From: a virus
Reading direction: 5' to 3' (one strand)
IMG/VR virus record: IMGVR_UViG_3300024239_000017
Length of the DNA stretch: 64,000 nt
Shown: positions 30,201 to 39,214 of the stretch, piece by piece
How positions within the stretch are numbered: the stretch's first letter is position 1
How the letters are laid out: every line of letters begins with the position of its first letter
Program-made: the position numbers and the translations under genes
The notes under the pieces: model-generated
Seen by the model: only the letters and a program-made list of their open reading frames with translations
Databases searched by the model: none
What the model was told of the DNA's origin: nothing

Positions 30201-31237
30201 AAAGCTTGATTTCCCTCCCCTATTCCTATTTTTTCGGTAGAAAACCTATCAAATTTATGTGGAGACCCATGTTTTAAAACAAGCTCTCTCGCAATATTTT
30301 CAGAAATACCAAGTTGTTTTAATTTTTCAACTATCTCATCATTAGTCATTAAATATACGTCTGATGTAAGACCTTTATTACTTAGTACCTTTACTACATT
30401 ATTTAATAATATAGTTTCATTATTTATATACTCTGGTGATTTAGCATTTAGTACTTGATTTTCGTCAAGTATTGCCCATGTTTTAAAATCTTTATAAGGA
30501 GCTCTATTTCCACCATAGAAACCGTCTATACCCTCTTCTATAGAACTATCTATTCTAGGTATTATTTTATTACTTACCTCTTCTACTTCTTCGTATTTTC
30601 TTATATTTAAAAATACTGGTTCAAGGAATGAATCTTTTGGTGCATATTTTTGCATAAAACTTTCAGAAGTATTGAAAGCATCTATTCCTGTAGAATATGT
30701 CAATGCAAGTTTTTTATCTTCTACAAATAAAGCAGTATTACTAAATCTATAATCCTGTGGTTTTTCACCGTCTTGTTTGAAACTATTATACTCATTACCA
30801 TAAATTCTGTAACCTTGGAACTGTGCACCATTTATATTACTTGTTATAGTTGAAGAAACATGTCCTGACCATACTATTTTAGGTTGACCATTTTCATCAA
30901 CCACTTTTGAAGAATTTTCAGGATCATTTAACCAATCTCCGAAGAAGTTTCTAAATCTTTCAGAATAAACTTCGCTAACCAATTTGATTGCTTCTTCTTC
31001 AGAATATCCCATTTCTTTATATGTATTATAAAGAATACTTGGTTTTCCATTAGGAGCTAAATTTAATGGGTTGTTATTATTTAATTTTATTGCTTCTGAT
31101 ACATCTATACCTGATTGGTTTTCATCATTAATATCAAATTTAATATTATCTGTATTTGGTGTATATGAAAGGTTTACAACTTCTACTGAAGTTATATCTC
31201 CGTTATCGTTTCTATTTACAACACATTTTTTTGACAT
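27245..31237 (-). CDS. polyvalent cargo protein: ART-like domains, HExxH zincin and kinase-like domain
   Basis: two FGDW...VD.NG.P modules, HGSPHKFDRF..IG.GEG.QAFGWGLYF, HEFSH, AGSDRIVY/VIKIAK/GDF..ANWG/LDGG, VYHGT..AVFSPNQIKSA. Confidence 0.75.
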   Translation of the reverse strand: MSKKCVVNRNDNGDITSVEVVNLSYTPNTDNIKFDINDENQSGIDVSEAIKLNNNNPLNLAPNGKPSILYNTYKEMGYSEEEAIKLVSEVYSERFRNFFGDWLNDPENSSKVVDENGQPKIVWSGHVSSTITSNINGAQFQGYRIYGNEYNSFKQDGEKPQDYRFSNTALFVEDKKLALTYSTGIDAFNTSESFMQKYAPKDSFLEPVFLNIRKYEEVEEVSNKIIPRIDSSIEEGIDGFYGGNRAPYKDFKTWAILDENQVLNAKSPEYINNETILLNNVVKVLSNKGLTSDVYLMTNDEIVEKLKQLGISENIARELVLKHGSPHKFDRFSTEKIGIGEGNQAFGWGLYFTEIDRIAKYYAHKLSTIKKEPNIPNRIITKLNSNGIYGIYSSESRAEVLRHIDMKISSIKKSIVKVTPSYVKERMYEILEYYTLEGYLEDSRMLLEGYTTINDLDHHNKMLELYSQEPSEDLFFKIYEAIEEEKLNTIKNLEGIAEEIKALRKSVIKPHLYSVTVHKGKSPEQYTFIEWDNTVSEEVFKKINDLAISKNDVIIKMLSEGINTKNIEGSALYKNLSRQLGSDKAASLFLLEAGIDGIKYPAESISRGATSDTARGFNYVVFDDSAVTIENVTSFSKSLIDNGLATVVGGFYRKDTRQIFINKESNDVLNTTIHEFSHPMIGWLIENRRDLFEAGIKLLKENKSEVKNYIERVNKLYPDLKENSDAYWEEVMAELIANNGVEIINREKKSDIAKWLESIWNAFKNMVGITGYTAEDVSNMTVKEFAYAVNAEMFNEEKLDSLLRVGRRIGFDYDTDLTARERFDIPKLKRISAGSDRIVYELDDTKVIKIAKTARGLMQNIYEGSYDLVEEELLPDIYERGLNYVIIEKVPPIKARDLVPTYDVEGEQIGTERAEKMFADFSKFSQIDFDSQSQKLIDTLYKYGMFYILNREVLFGDFSRKANWGIKNGKPIHLDGGTFAGTRLLSEYRGKNNLEDEDFREVYNRSKSFKKVIGDRDRNTMFSLIDNNDLDYSGNIKPEVLAEIQSEREAIKAEAQANGTFMKAPNGKATNLNEAQWLDVRTKRFKDWFGDWENDAKNASKVVDKNGEPLVVYHGTNNEFTEFTNKQGIRGGVVTYNVDSKLHFFSENKYYAENAANVRIENFGGKKNIKEVFLNIKKLEDWSKITEDIDYKVKDEKGSFLYEFGIDKNSELWQLFDGGEWDMTQSLINNNKDGIKLIEDTGDNTYAVFSPNQIKSATENIGTYSANTNDIRYSLENIENINVVENDYIESELFKDISSVPFITKEQSLGVYKSIYTEGLDYWKDSDVKC

Positions 31238-31239
31238 AA

Positions 31240-33267
31240 TTAACAGAATTTTATCTGGTTATCTTTTATTTCTCTTGTTTCTTTTACTTTAATTTTACCG
31301 CTACTATCAGCTACTACCTCTTCAAAAGTTGCAGGAGTATAGTCTGGTTTTTGTAGATTATAATTCATATATCTATCACTAGTATCTACTTTTGCGTATG
31401 TATTAGTATCTACTTTTTCATATAAAGTATTATTAACTTTTATAAAATCGCTGATACTATTAGGTGCATATATTAAATTATTTTTTTTAACATATTTACC
31501 TTTAAAATTATCTAACTGATGTAAATTATTCGCAAAAAAATCTCTTTGATTTACATTGTCTATCTCGTTATCTTGATTACTGAAATATTCCAATGATTCG
31601 TTACCTGATAATTTTGAATACGTGACTAATGAATTAAACATATTCTCTGATAATAAATTTTTAATAAGTGAAAAAGAATATTCACCTATTATAGGTTTTG
31701 CTTCTATCCCTCTATTCGATATATAGAATAGTTCTGAAAGCTGTTTATTGTTAATAAGTTCTTTATTAAATTCTATAATAAAATCATCTATATTTATTTC
31801 TTTAGATATGCCTACTTCTCTTGTTGATGGATTATCTTTTATACTAAGTAATATTTTGTAAGCTGTCAATTTTTTAATATTATTAACGTCTGATTCATCT
31901 CTCAAATAATCATTTGCTTTTGTAGAGACATATTTATCTAAATCTTCTATAAGTAGATCATTATTAATAGGTATATTTTTAACAGATAGAGTTCCTTTTG
32001 GAAGTAAAAAATCATTTTGTAATATTAAATCGTATAGTTCTTCTAAACTTTTAGTATTATCTATTCTTTGATAGATATTATCATTTACTTTTATTACTGA
32101 ACTTTCTTCAAATAATTTTTCCTCAGATCTGTTAGTTTCTATATTTATAAAATTACCCTCTCTATTAATTTTATCTACTATTTTTATAACAGGTTTAGTT
32201 TCTTTATTAAAAAACAAATCGTAAGCATCTGAAAAATCTTTCAATGATTCTTTTAATGAATCATCATTAATTCTTTGTATATCTATTAAAACATTGTAAT
32301 AGGAATCTAAAAAATCCATTATTTCATTATAAGACTTATTATAAAATATTTCGTCTATATTAGAAAGATCTATGCCTTTTTCAGCTGATTGCTTTTTAAT
32401 ATTATCTAAATATCTTTCAACTAATAATGTATCTGTTACAAAATATCCAGCTGGTAATTCTTTTATAAATTCTATTTGATTTAATATACTATTATAATAC
32501 TCTTTAACGTCTATAGTCTGCTCTAATCTAGTATATGTTGATTCTTTTTTCTCGACTATATCTCCTGAGTATTCATCAGTTTCATAAGATGGTATAGATT
32601 GTTTATTTCTTAAATCTACTAATATTTTTTTTATTAATTCTGGATTATTTAATACCACCTCGTCTCCAATCTCGTTGGCTTTATTTAGGATTTCTTCTTT
32701 TGTTGTTAATCCTATATAATTATTGTATAAATTAGTTAGTATCATATCAGGATTTAATTTATCAAATAATCCCTTACCTAATACAACATCATATTTTACA
32801 GTATTGAAAGTTTCATCTGTGGTGTTTAATTTGTAATAAAGATTTTTTATTTTTGAAATATTTTCATAATTATCTAATTCAAGTATATCCATACCTGAAA
32901 ACATTTCACTATTCTTTATTTTTTCTATATCTATGCCGAATATACCATCAACCGTAAATATATTTAAAAATTCAGTTTTAAAATCTTCTATATTTTTATC
33001 TGTTGTTGATAGATTTAGAATATCAATTCTATCCGAATTATTCAAATTGTTAGAATTGATTATATTATCGGCTTGATTAAAAGCTAGAATATTTTTAAGC
33101 GTTGGTTTAACATTTTGTGATTTAAATTCATCTAATAATGTTAACCCATATAAATCTAAAGCTTGTGCTGTATTATAATTTGTATATACCAATAATTCCG
33201 TCATTAATTTCGGATATGTTTTAGCACTAGGTATATTATTCTTAAAAGTTATTTCGCATTGTGACAT
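31240..33267 (-). CDS. internal virion protein, 675 aa (start revised to MSQC)
   Basis: the ORF-track extension spans a terminator and promoter; ATG 33267 lies 4 nt after TACTTTTG. Confidence 0.7.
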   Translation of the reverse strand: MSQCEITFKNNIPSAKTYPKLMTELLVYTNYNTAQALDLYGLTLLDEFKSQNVKPTLKNILAFNQADNIINSNNLNNSDRIDILNLSTTDKNIEDFKTEFLNIFTVDGIFGIDIEKIKNSEMFSGMDILELDNYENISKIKNLYYKLNTTDETFNTVKYDVVLGKGLFDKLNPDMILTNLYNNYIGLTTKEEILNKANEIGDEVVLNNPELIKKILVDLRNKQSIPSYETDEYSGDIVEKKESTYTRLEQTIDVKEYYNSILNQIEFIKELPAGYFVTDTLLVERYLDNIKKQSAEKGIDLSNIDEIFYNKSYNEIMDFLDSYYNVLIDIQRINDDSLKESLKDFSDAYDLFFNKETKPVIKIVDKINREGNFINIETNRSEEKLFEESSVIKVNDNIYQRIDNTKSLEELYDLILQNDFLLPKGTLSVKNIPINNDLLIEDLDKYVSTKANDYLRDESDVNNIKKLTAYKILLSIKDNPSTREVGISKEINIDDFIIEFNKELINNKQLSELFYISNRGIEAKPIIGEYSFSLIKNLLSENMFNSLVTYSKLSGNESLEYFSNQDNEIDNVNQRDFFANNLHQLDNFKGKYVKKNNLIYAPNSISDFIKVNNTLYEKVDTNTYAKVDTSDRYMNYNLQKPDYTPATFEEVVADSSGKIKVKETREIKDNQIKFC

Positions 33268-33271
33268 ACTG

Positions 33272-33302
33272 CAAAAGTATAAAAAAAATTTAATATTACA
33301 AA
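33272..33302 (-). promoter_or_regulatory. class B promoter copy 1
   Basis: TTTG-N19-TACTTTTG; about 55 bp identical to 45914-45969. Confidence 0.8.
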
Positions 33303-33321
33303 AAGTATTAATATTTATATT

Positions 33322-33347
33322 AAAAAACCTCTCTATTAAAGAGAGGT
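33322..33347 (-). terminator. intrinsic terminator
   Basis: ACCTCTCT/AGAGAGGT stem plus T-run. Confidence 0.8.
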
Positions 33348-33352
33348 CGTTT

Positions 33353-36300
33353 TTAACACATATTGTCTTCTGATTCAAATATCCCCTTCATGTCTACAGT
33401 GCTTATACTTGATACTGCTTTTTCTGGAATATCTTTAGTTGCTTCGTTTATATTATCACCTAATTTGAATACTAATTTATTACTCATAAAAGGATCTTCC
33501 ATATTTATGTAAATAGTTCTATCTGATTTAAGTAATTCTTCTTCACTTGAAATGTCTATTGTATCATACACATTTGATAATGTATTTTTAATACTATTCA
33601 GATTATAATTTTCACTAGTTACTGCTGTAGATTCATTTAATAAACCATAAGTGTCTAATAAAGCGTTTAGTTTAAAGAATTTTGCTTCTTTACTTATAGA
33701 ATCATTCACTATATTGTCTACGTCAGCATCTAAATCTACATTTTCAGGCTTAACATTTATAGGAAAAGCAATATTATTATTACCGTATTTGAAAACTACA
33801 ATAGGTGATTTTTTACCTGATTTAGTTAACGGTCTTATATATTGGTCATTATCTATTTTTATATCGCCTTTAAAAGTTTTAACTACCCCATCATTATCTA
33901 CATATCCATAAGAAACCACTTTAGATTCGTCTATATTGTTTTCTATTGGTTTGGAATCTGATGTCAATTGTATTATAGGTAAACCTAGGTAAGATTTATC
34001 TACTTTTATTGAATATGTTTTAGTAGGATTTTTAATCACTTTTTTTCTCAAAGCTTTTAATTCCGCCCATTGTTTAGAAGTAGTATTATCCGTTCCTTTA
34101 AGAATTTGCACTAACTTACCGTTATGTTTAACATATATTACACCTTTTGATTCATATTCTGTAGAAGATAATCCCTGGTTATAGTCGTTATTAGGATCAA
34201 ATTCTAAAGTTACTTCATCGCCTGATTTTAAGCTATTTAAAGCTTCCTTATCAAACATTATCTGCGTTCCATCAGAAGTTACTGTAAACTCAGATTCTTT
34301 AGGGCTCAGTGTTCCGTCAGAGTTAGTAGAATATAATAAAACATAACTACTAGGTTGACCCGTTATAGCATATGCTTTAAGTCCAAGTAATGATAAAAAA
34401 GTATCTATATTACCCTCTATTGAGAAAGCTGTTTCATTTATATTTTTTACAAGATAATTATCTTCTGATAAATTTACTTTTATATTATTTTTACCTTCGT
34501 ATATTTCTGATACATACTCTACATTTTCATCATTTATATCTATCTTCTCTAAAATATTTTTATTACCATTAGAATCTATTTCATAAACCACTATTTCAGG
34601 AGTTAGACCATTTTGTAAAGCACTATTAAGTATTGAAGATAGTTTTATATGTGATAATTCATATCTATCTCTTCTTTTTTTAATATAAGCTCCGTCATAA
34701 ACTAAACCTGTTTTTTCTGATCTATACCCTTCGTCCAGTTCTACATTTTCTACTTGATGTATCAAGCTATTTAACTGCTGTTCAGAAGTTTCTATATCCT
34801 GTTGTTCAGAAGATTCTTTTATATTTTTAAGCTGATTATAAAGATTTATTACATCTAATAAACTTACACCTTCGATAAATAAGTTATTTACTATATTAAA
34901 AGGAGATAGTTTTTCTCTTAATACTGCTAATCTTTTTTTATCAGTAGAATTTCTATTTTTCTTATTAGACAATTCTATTAATTCATCTATATCTTCTTGC
35001 TCTGGTTTACCTATATTTGCAAGTGTTTCTACATCAGTAAAATCACTCTCATATGAATTTTCTACTACCCATTTAAGTTGCTCATAAGGTGAAGAATTAG
35101 GATCGAATTCACTTACAGGATTTTTAATAGAAGCCAGTTCCATTTTTAATAAAGTAAGTTTCTTTGTAGCCGAAACATTGTCGTCCACTAAACCAAGAAG
35201 TATATCATTAGATAATTGTTCAATTTCTTCTTCTATTCTTATTTTTTTAGCAATAGAATCTACTTCACCATTTAATCTTGCTATCTCTTCTTCTAACCTT
35301 ATTACTTCTTTTTGTACTAACTCTACTTTTTTATCCTCTAGTTCTGATAATTTGTTTTTCAAATCTGATTCTAGTATTCTATTTTGTCTGTCTATTTCAG
35401 AGATTCTAGAATTTCTATCCTCTGTTTTAGAGATAAGTTCTTCATAAAGTTTTTCAACTTCAAGAACTCTTTCTGCAAGTTCTCTGATTTCTCTATTTTT
35501 TTGTTCTGTGAATTCATTTTCTAATTTATTTAATAAATGATTATATACTATTGCATCTGCTGTACTACCTTTAAAAGAAATTATTCTTCCGTTTCTAGCT
35601 TGTAACTGTACAACATAGTTACCATTTTTATCTTTAAAAATACTATTATCTATGGTGCCATTTCTTAAAGTTACTTTATATAATTTACCGTTTATATAAG
35701 CTTCATTTCCCTCAATAAGTATGTCATCTTCCTCTAGTTTTTTAAGGTCTTTGATGTTAGAAGTATCTACTTTTTCTAATGGAAGTGTTTCTTCTTGTAT
35801 ATCTACTATTTCATCTTCATTTACTATCTGAAGTATACCTTTATTTATTTCTAGATTACCTACTATTACATCCCCATTTGGTTTTATATATTCATACTGA
35901 GTATAATTACTTTCTTTAACGGTACTAATATTTTTTTCAATTGTTTGTTTAGGAACTAATTGATTTTCAATACTCTCTATTTTAGACTCTATTTCTTTTA
36001 TTTGATTATTAAGGTCTTCAACTATAGGATCTAATTCATCTGTAGTAATTACTTCTTTTTCATTTAAATCGTCTATTTGTTCTTGTATTGAAGCTATTTT
36101 CTCACTTAACTCTTCATTAAATTCTCCATTAAGTATATTTGATAATTGTACCTTATTATAATTTAATTGAACAGTTTTTAAATCTATTATTAATGTCTTA
36201 TTTTCAGTATATGTTTTATCAAAATTATCAATTAATTTTTTATGATTTTCATAGTACTTTTGCTCTAATTCAGTTAGCTCGTTTTTACTATTTAATTTAT

Positions 36301-39214
36301 CATATACATGTTTAATATCTGAAGCTGTTGGTTTATAGTCTTCTGACAATTTATCTTCTGTAATTACCTCTTTAGTTTCTTGTAAAGACTTATTTTTTAT
36401 ATACTCGCCCTCAACATATTTATTAAACAATTGTTTTAATGTATCTCTAGTTAAATCATTAATTGATTTATTTTTCTTGGCTCTTAATGAACCAAATAAA
36501 CCATTATATGATTTTGGAGAAAATTCTTGATTAGTTATATTATTTATTAGATCAGAATATGATTTATAAGCGGTTGTAGCATTGTCATATTGATTAAATA
36601 ATTTAGATAATAATATCTTATCATTTGGACTTAATTCTAATCCTTGTATAGCTTTATTTAAGTCGTTTACTTCATTATCAAAATTATCTAAATCTATTCT
36701 ACTAGCATAACCAGTCTTACCCATTTTTGAGTAGAAATTATCTAATATTGTTTTTTCTAACATAGATAATTTTTCTGATGCTTTAGATAACTCTTCCTGT
36801 GCTAATGCTATATCTCTATTAAGTTTAATTTTTTGTTCTGCTGATTCTGGAGAAACTTCTTTATTATTAAGTTTCACCATTTTATCTGTAAGTCTACTTA
36901 TTTTACCCTTTGCTTCACTAACTATTTTGTTTAGATTGAAATAATTTTCTCTTTCTAAATTAGTCATATTTTTTAAAGCAGTTATAGCACCAAGTTTTTC
37001 AGAAATTTCTTTTCCTGCTAATGTCTGTGATAATTTATTTTGTATAGCATCAAATGTTTGTGATGCAAATCTTTCATTAAATTTAGACATTGCTGTTGAG
37101 AAAGCTAAAGCATTTGATAACATTTCTCCGTTTACTTGAACAGTTTTATCACCAACTTTAATATCTGATAAACCTGCTGTATTATTTCCAAAAATATATC
37201 TTCCAGCTTTTAAAGCATTACCATAATCATCTGATAATTCATTTATATACTGAATTTGTTCATTTTTGTAATCTTCCACTTCTGATAAATCAAGACCTGT
37301 ATTATCTGCTATGACTTGTGGATCTATACCTTTTATGGTATCTACCATATTTTTTACAAATACCTCTTCTTTTCCTATACTATGATATGCGTCAAGCATT
37401 GACACCATTGTCTGAGCTTGTAAAGAAGCTTGAAGTAATTTATCCTCACTATTTTCCGCTTTACTTAATTTTTCACTAAGTGCTTGAAATCTATTAGCGT
37501 GAGAAAATAATGCTGTAGTCCACTCATTAGTGTACTGGTTAGATGAAATTTCATTAAAGAACTTATCACCTTTATTATAAACTTCCGCTATTTTTTCTTG
37601 CGTTTTATATTGTTTAGAAACAGTTTCATTACCTGTTACAGTTCCTACTCCGCCCATAAGTCCACCTATTAGTGCACCTATTATTACTTCCTCCCTACCT
37701 TCTTTTGTGCCAAACTGATCTTTCATGGCCTTACTAAAGGCATCTATGTAGTTTGATGTGACATTTGTATATTTTGGATCATAAGAACTGGCAACATAAT
37801 TTTTATATGTATTACTGGCTACACCTTGCATTCCCTCTTCATATACACCCTCTACAAGACCGCCTTTTATAATAGGTGATGCATAAGCTAATGATTTTTG
37901 CAAAAGAGTTGGTTTTAGAGCTTTGTAAATTCCTTCGGAAGTTTTCTCTACACCCATTCCTAGTAATGCGCTATTTAATATTTTACCGTTACTAGTTACA
38001 GCTTTTGATAATGGATTACTTAAATTTAAAAAATTACCCATCATCATTAAATTAGATGGCATTAATATTGCCATATTAGCAAAAAATACACCATTTGCAG
38101 AACTACTTAACTTATCAGAAAATTTGTTTATTTCTTCCTCTGTAGGAGTTGTACCTCTTTCTCTATGAAAATCCCAAAATTTCTGTTCTGCTTCTTTAGC
38201 ATAATGTCTCGCTTCAAAACCAGCTTCGTATAAAGGTGATGTTAAAGCAAATCTTGTTTTTACTAACATGTCACCCATTTTACCTTTGCTAGCTACTTTA
38301 GCTAAATCTTTAGAAGCTGTTTCTCCTAGATTTGACATTATACCTTTAAACCAATTAGCACCTTTACCTATATTGCTTTCTACTTTTGATGCTACAGTCA
38401 TTTCAGGTGTAGTCATTAATCTAAGGGCTCTAGCTACTTTATTACCTTTGGATACTAATTCTCCTGTTTTCAATGCAGATCTCGCTGCTGTAGAAGATAA
38501 ACTTACACCACCTGTAAGTGTTGCTAGTATAGCTTCTGCGGCAAGTAATCTAGTAGTAAATTCTGCTCCGCCTAAAACTTTATCAAATGTTTGTAGATTA
38601 AGTCCTAAATTTTGTTCTCTTTCTACTTCATTATAATAATTTTTATAATCGAAATTTGTTTTTGTAGTTAAATCATCTACCCATTTCATATAATCATTAT
38701 CATATATGGCATCAAATCTACCTGATATTGCAGCCGCCCCTATTCCATAAACACTTCCAACTAAATCCAATGGTGCTTTTGCTGTATTGAAAAATAATCT
38801 TTTTACAGGATTCATAAATTTTTCAAAGTCAGTTTGCATTGCTGACAGTCTAGCATCATTATCTACACCATAAACATATGATTTATATTTAGGTGTCCAT
38901 TTAGCTGAATCTAATGCTGATTGTTCATGAGTATCCCTAATATCAATAGTTCTATCAATATCTATTTTATTTTTATTTGGAAACGCACTCTCTACTATAC
39001 TATCAGCGCTTTCACCCAGTTTATTAAAAGAGTCCATTCTTTGTAATGAATCAAACCTAACATTATTGGTGAACGCCAATGTTGCTGGATCTGGTACAGC
39101 AGGTGCTGTTGGTAGATTATTAAGATCCATTCCGTCTACTTGTGTAGACGGTGGAACTATTGTATCAGTGAAACTTGATGTATTTATTTGTGGTAAATAA
39201 CTATTTGGATCCAT
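33353..39214 (-). CDS. giant internal virion/ejection protein, 1953 aa
   Basis: Gly/Ala hydrophobic segments (EGVYEEGMQ, IIGALIGGLMGGVG), long coiled coils; only Cys is the last residue. Confidence 0.7.
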   Translation of the reverse strand: MDPNSYLPQINTSSFTDTIVPPSTQVDGMDLNNLPTAPAVPDPATLAFTNNVRFDSLQRMDSFNKLGESADSIVESAFPNKNKIDIDRTIDIRDTHEQSALDSAKWTPKYKSYVYGVDNDARLSAMQTDFEKFMNPVKRLFFNTAKAPLDLVGSVYGIGAAAISGRFDAIYDNDYMKWVDDLTTKTNFDYKNYYNEVEREQNLGLNLQTFDKVLGGAEFTTRLLAAEAILATLTGGVSLSSTAARSALKTGELVSKGNKVARALRLMTTPEMTVASKVESNIGKGANWFKGIMSNLGETASKDLAKVASKGKMGDMLVKTRFALTSPLYEAGFEARHYAKEAEQKFWDFHRERGTTPTEEEINKFSDKLSSSANGVFFANMAILMPSNLMMMGNFLNLSNPLSKAVTSNGKILNSALLGMGVEKTSEGIYKALKPTLLQKSLAYASPIIKGGLVEGVYEEGMQGVASNTYKNYVASSYDPKYTNVTSNYIDAFSKAMKDQFGTKEGREEVIIGALIGGLMGGVGTVTGNETVSKQYKTQEKIAEVYNKGDKFFNEISSNQYTNEWTTALFSHANRFQALSEKLSKAENSEDKLLQASLQAQTMVSMLDAYHSIGKEEVFVKNMVDTIKGIDPQVIADNTGLDLSEVEDYKNEQIQYINELSDDYGNALKAGRYIFGNNTAGLSDIKVGDKTVQVNGEMLSNALAFSTAMSKFNERFASQTFDAIQNKLSQTLAGKEISEKLGAITALKNMTNLERENYFNLNKIVSEAKGKISRLTDKMVKLNNKEVSPESAEQKIKLNRDIALAQEELSKASEKLSMLEKTILDNFYSKMGKTGYASRIDLDNFDNEVNDLNKAIQGLELSPNDKILLSKLFNQYDNATTAYKSYSDLINNITNQEFSPKSYNGLFGSLRAKKNKSINDLTRDTLKQLFNKYVEGEYIKNKSLQETKEVITEDKLSEDYKPTASDIKHVYDKLNSKNELTELEQKYYENHKKLIDNFDKTYTENKTLIIDLKTVQLNYNKVQLSNILNGEFNEELSEKIASIQEQIDDLNEKEVITTDELDPIVEDLNNQIKEIESKIESIENQLVPKQTIEKNISTVKESNYTQYEYIKPNGDVIVGNLEINKGILQIVNEDEIVDIQEETLPLEKVDTSNIKDLKKLEEDDILIEGNEAYINGKLYKVTLRNGTIDNSIFKDKNGNYVVQLQARNGRIISFKGSTADAIVYNHLLNKLENEFTEQKNREIRELAERVLEVEKLYEELISKTEDRNSRISEIDRQNRILESDLKNKLSELEDKKVELVQKEVIRLEEEIARLNGEVDSIAKKIRIEEEIEQLSNDILLGLVDDNVSATKKLTLLKMELASIKNPVSEFDPNSSPYEQLKWVVENSYESDFTDVETLANIGKPEQEDIDELIELSNKKNRNSTDKKRLAVLREKLSPFNIVNNLFIEGVSLLDVINLYNQLKNIKESSEQQDIETSEQQLNSLIHQVENVELDEGYRSEKTGLVYDGAYIKKRRDRYELSHIKLSSILNSALQNGLTPEIVVYEIDSNGNKNILEKIDINDENVEYVSEIYEGKNNIKVNLSEDNYLVKNINETAFSIEGNIDTFLSLLGLKAYAITGQPSSYVLLYSTNSDGTLSPKESEFTVTSDGTQIMFDKEALNSLKSGDEVTLEFDPNNDYNQGLSSTEYESKGVIYVKHNGKLVQILKGTDNTTSKQWAELKALRKKVIKNPTKTYSIKVDKSYLGLPIIQLTSDSKPIENNIDESKVVSYGYVDNDGVVKTFKGDIKIDNDQYIRPLTKSGKKSPIVVFKYGNNNIAFPINVKPENVDLDADVDNIVNDSISKEAKFFKLNALLDTYGLLNESTAVTSENYNLNSIKNTLSNVYDTIDISSEEELLKSDRTIYINMEDPFMSNKLVFKLGDNINEATKDIPEKAVSSISTVDMKGIFESEDNMC

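Noticed and set aside
33268-33378. N-terminal extension of the 712-aa ORF (likewise 16416-16487 and 61694-61720)
   Set aside because: The extensions run through terminator and/or promoter DNA; the downstream ATGs fit the shared architecture.
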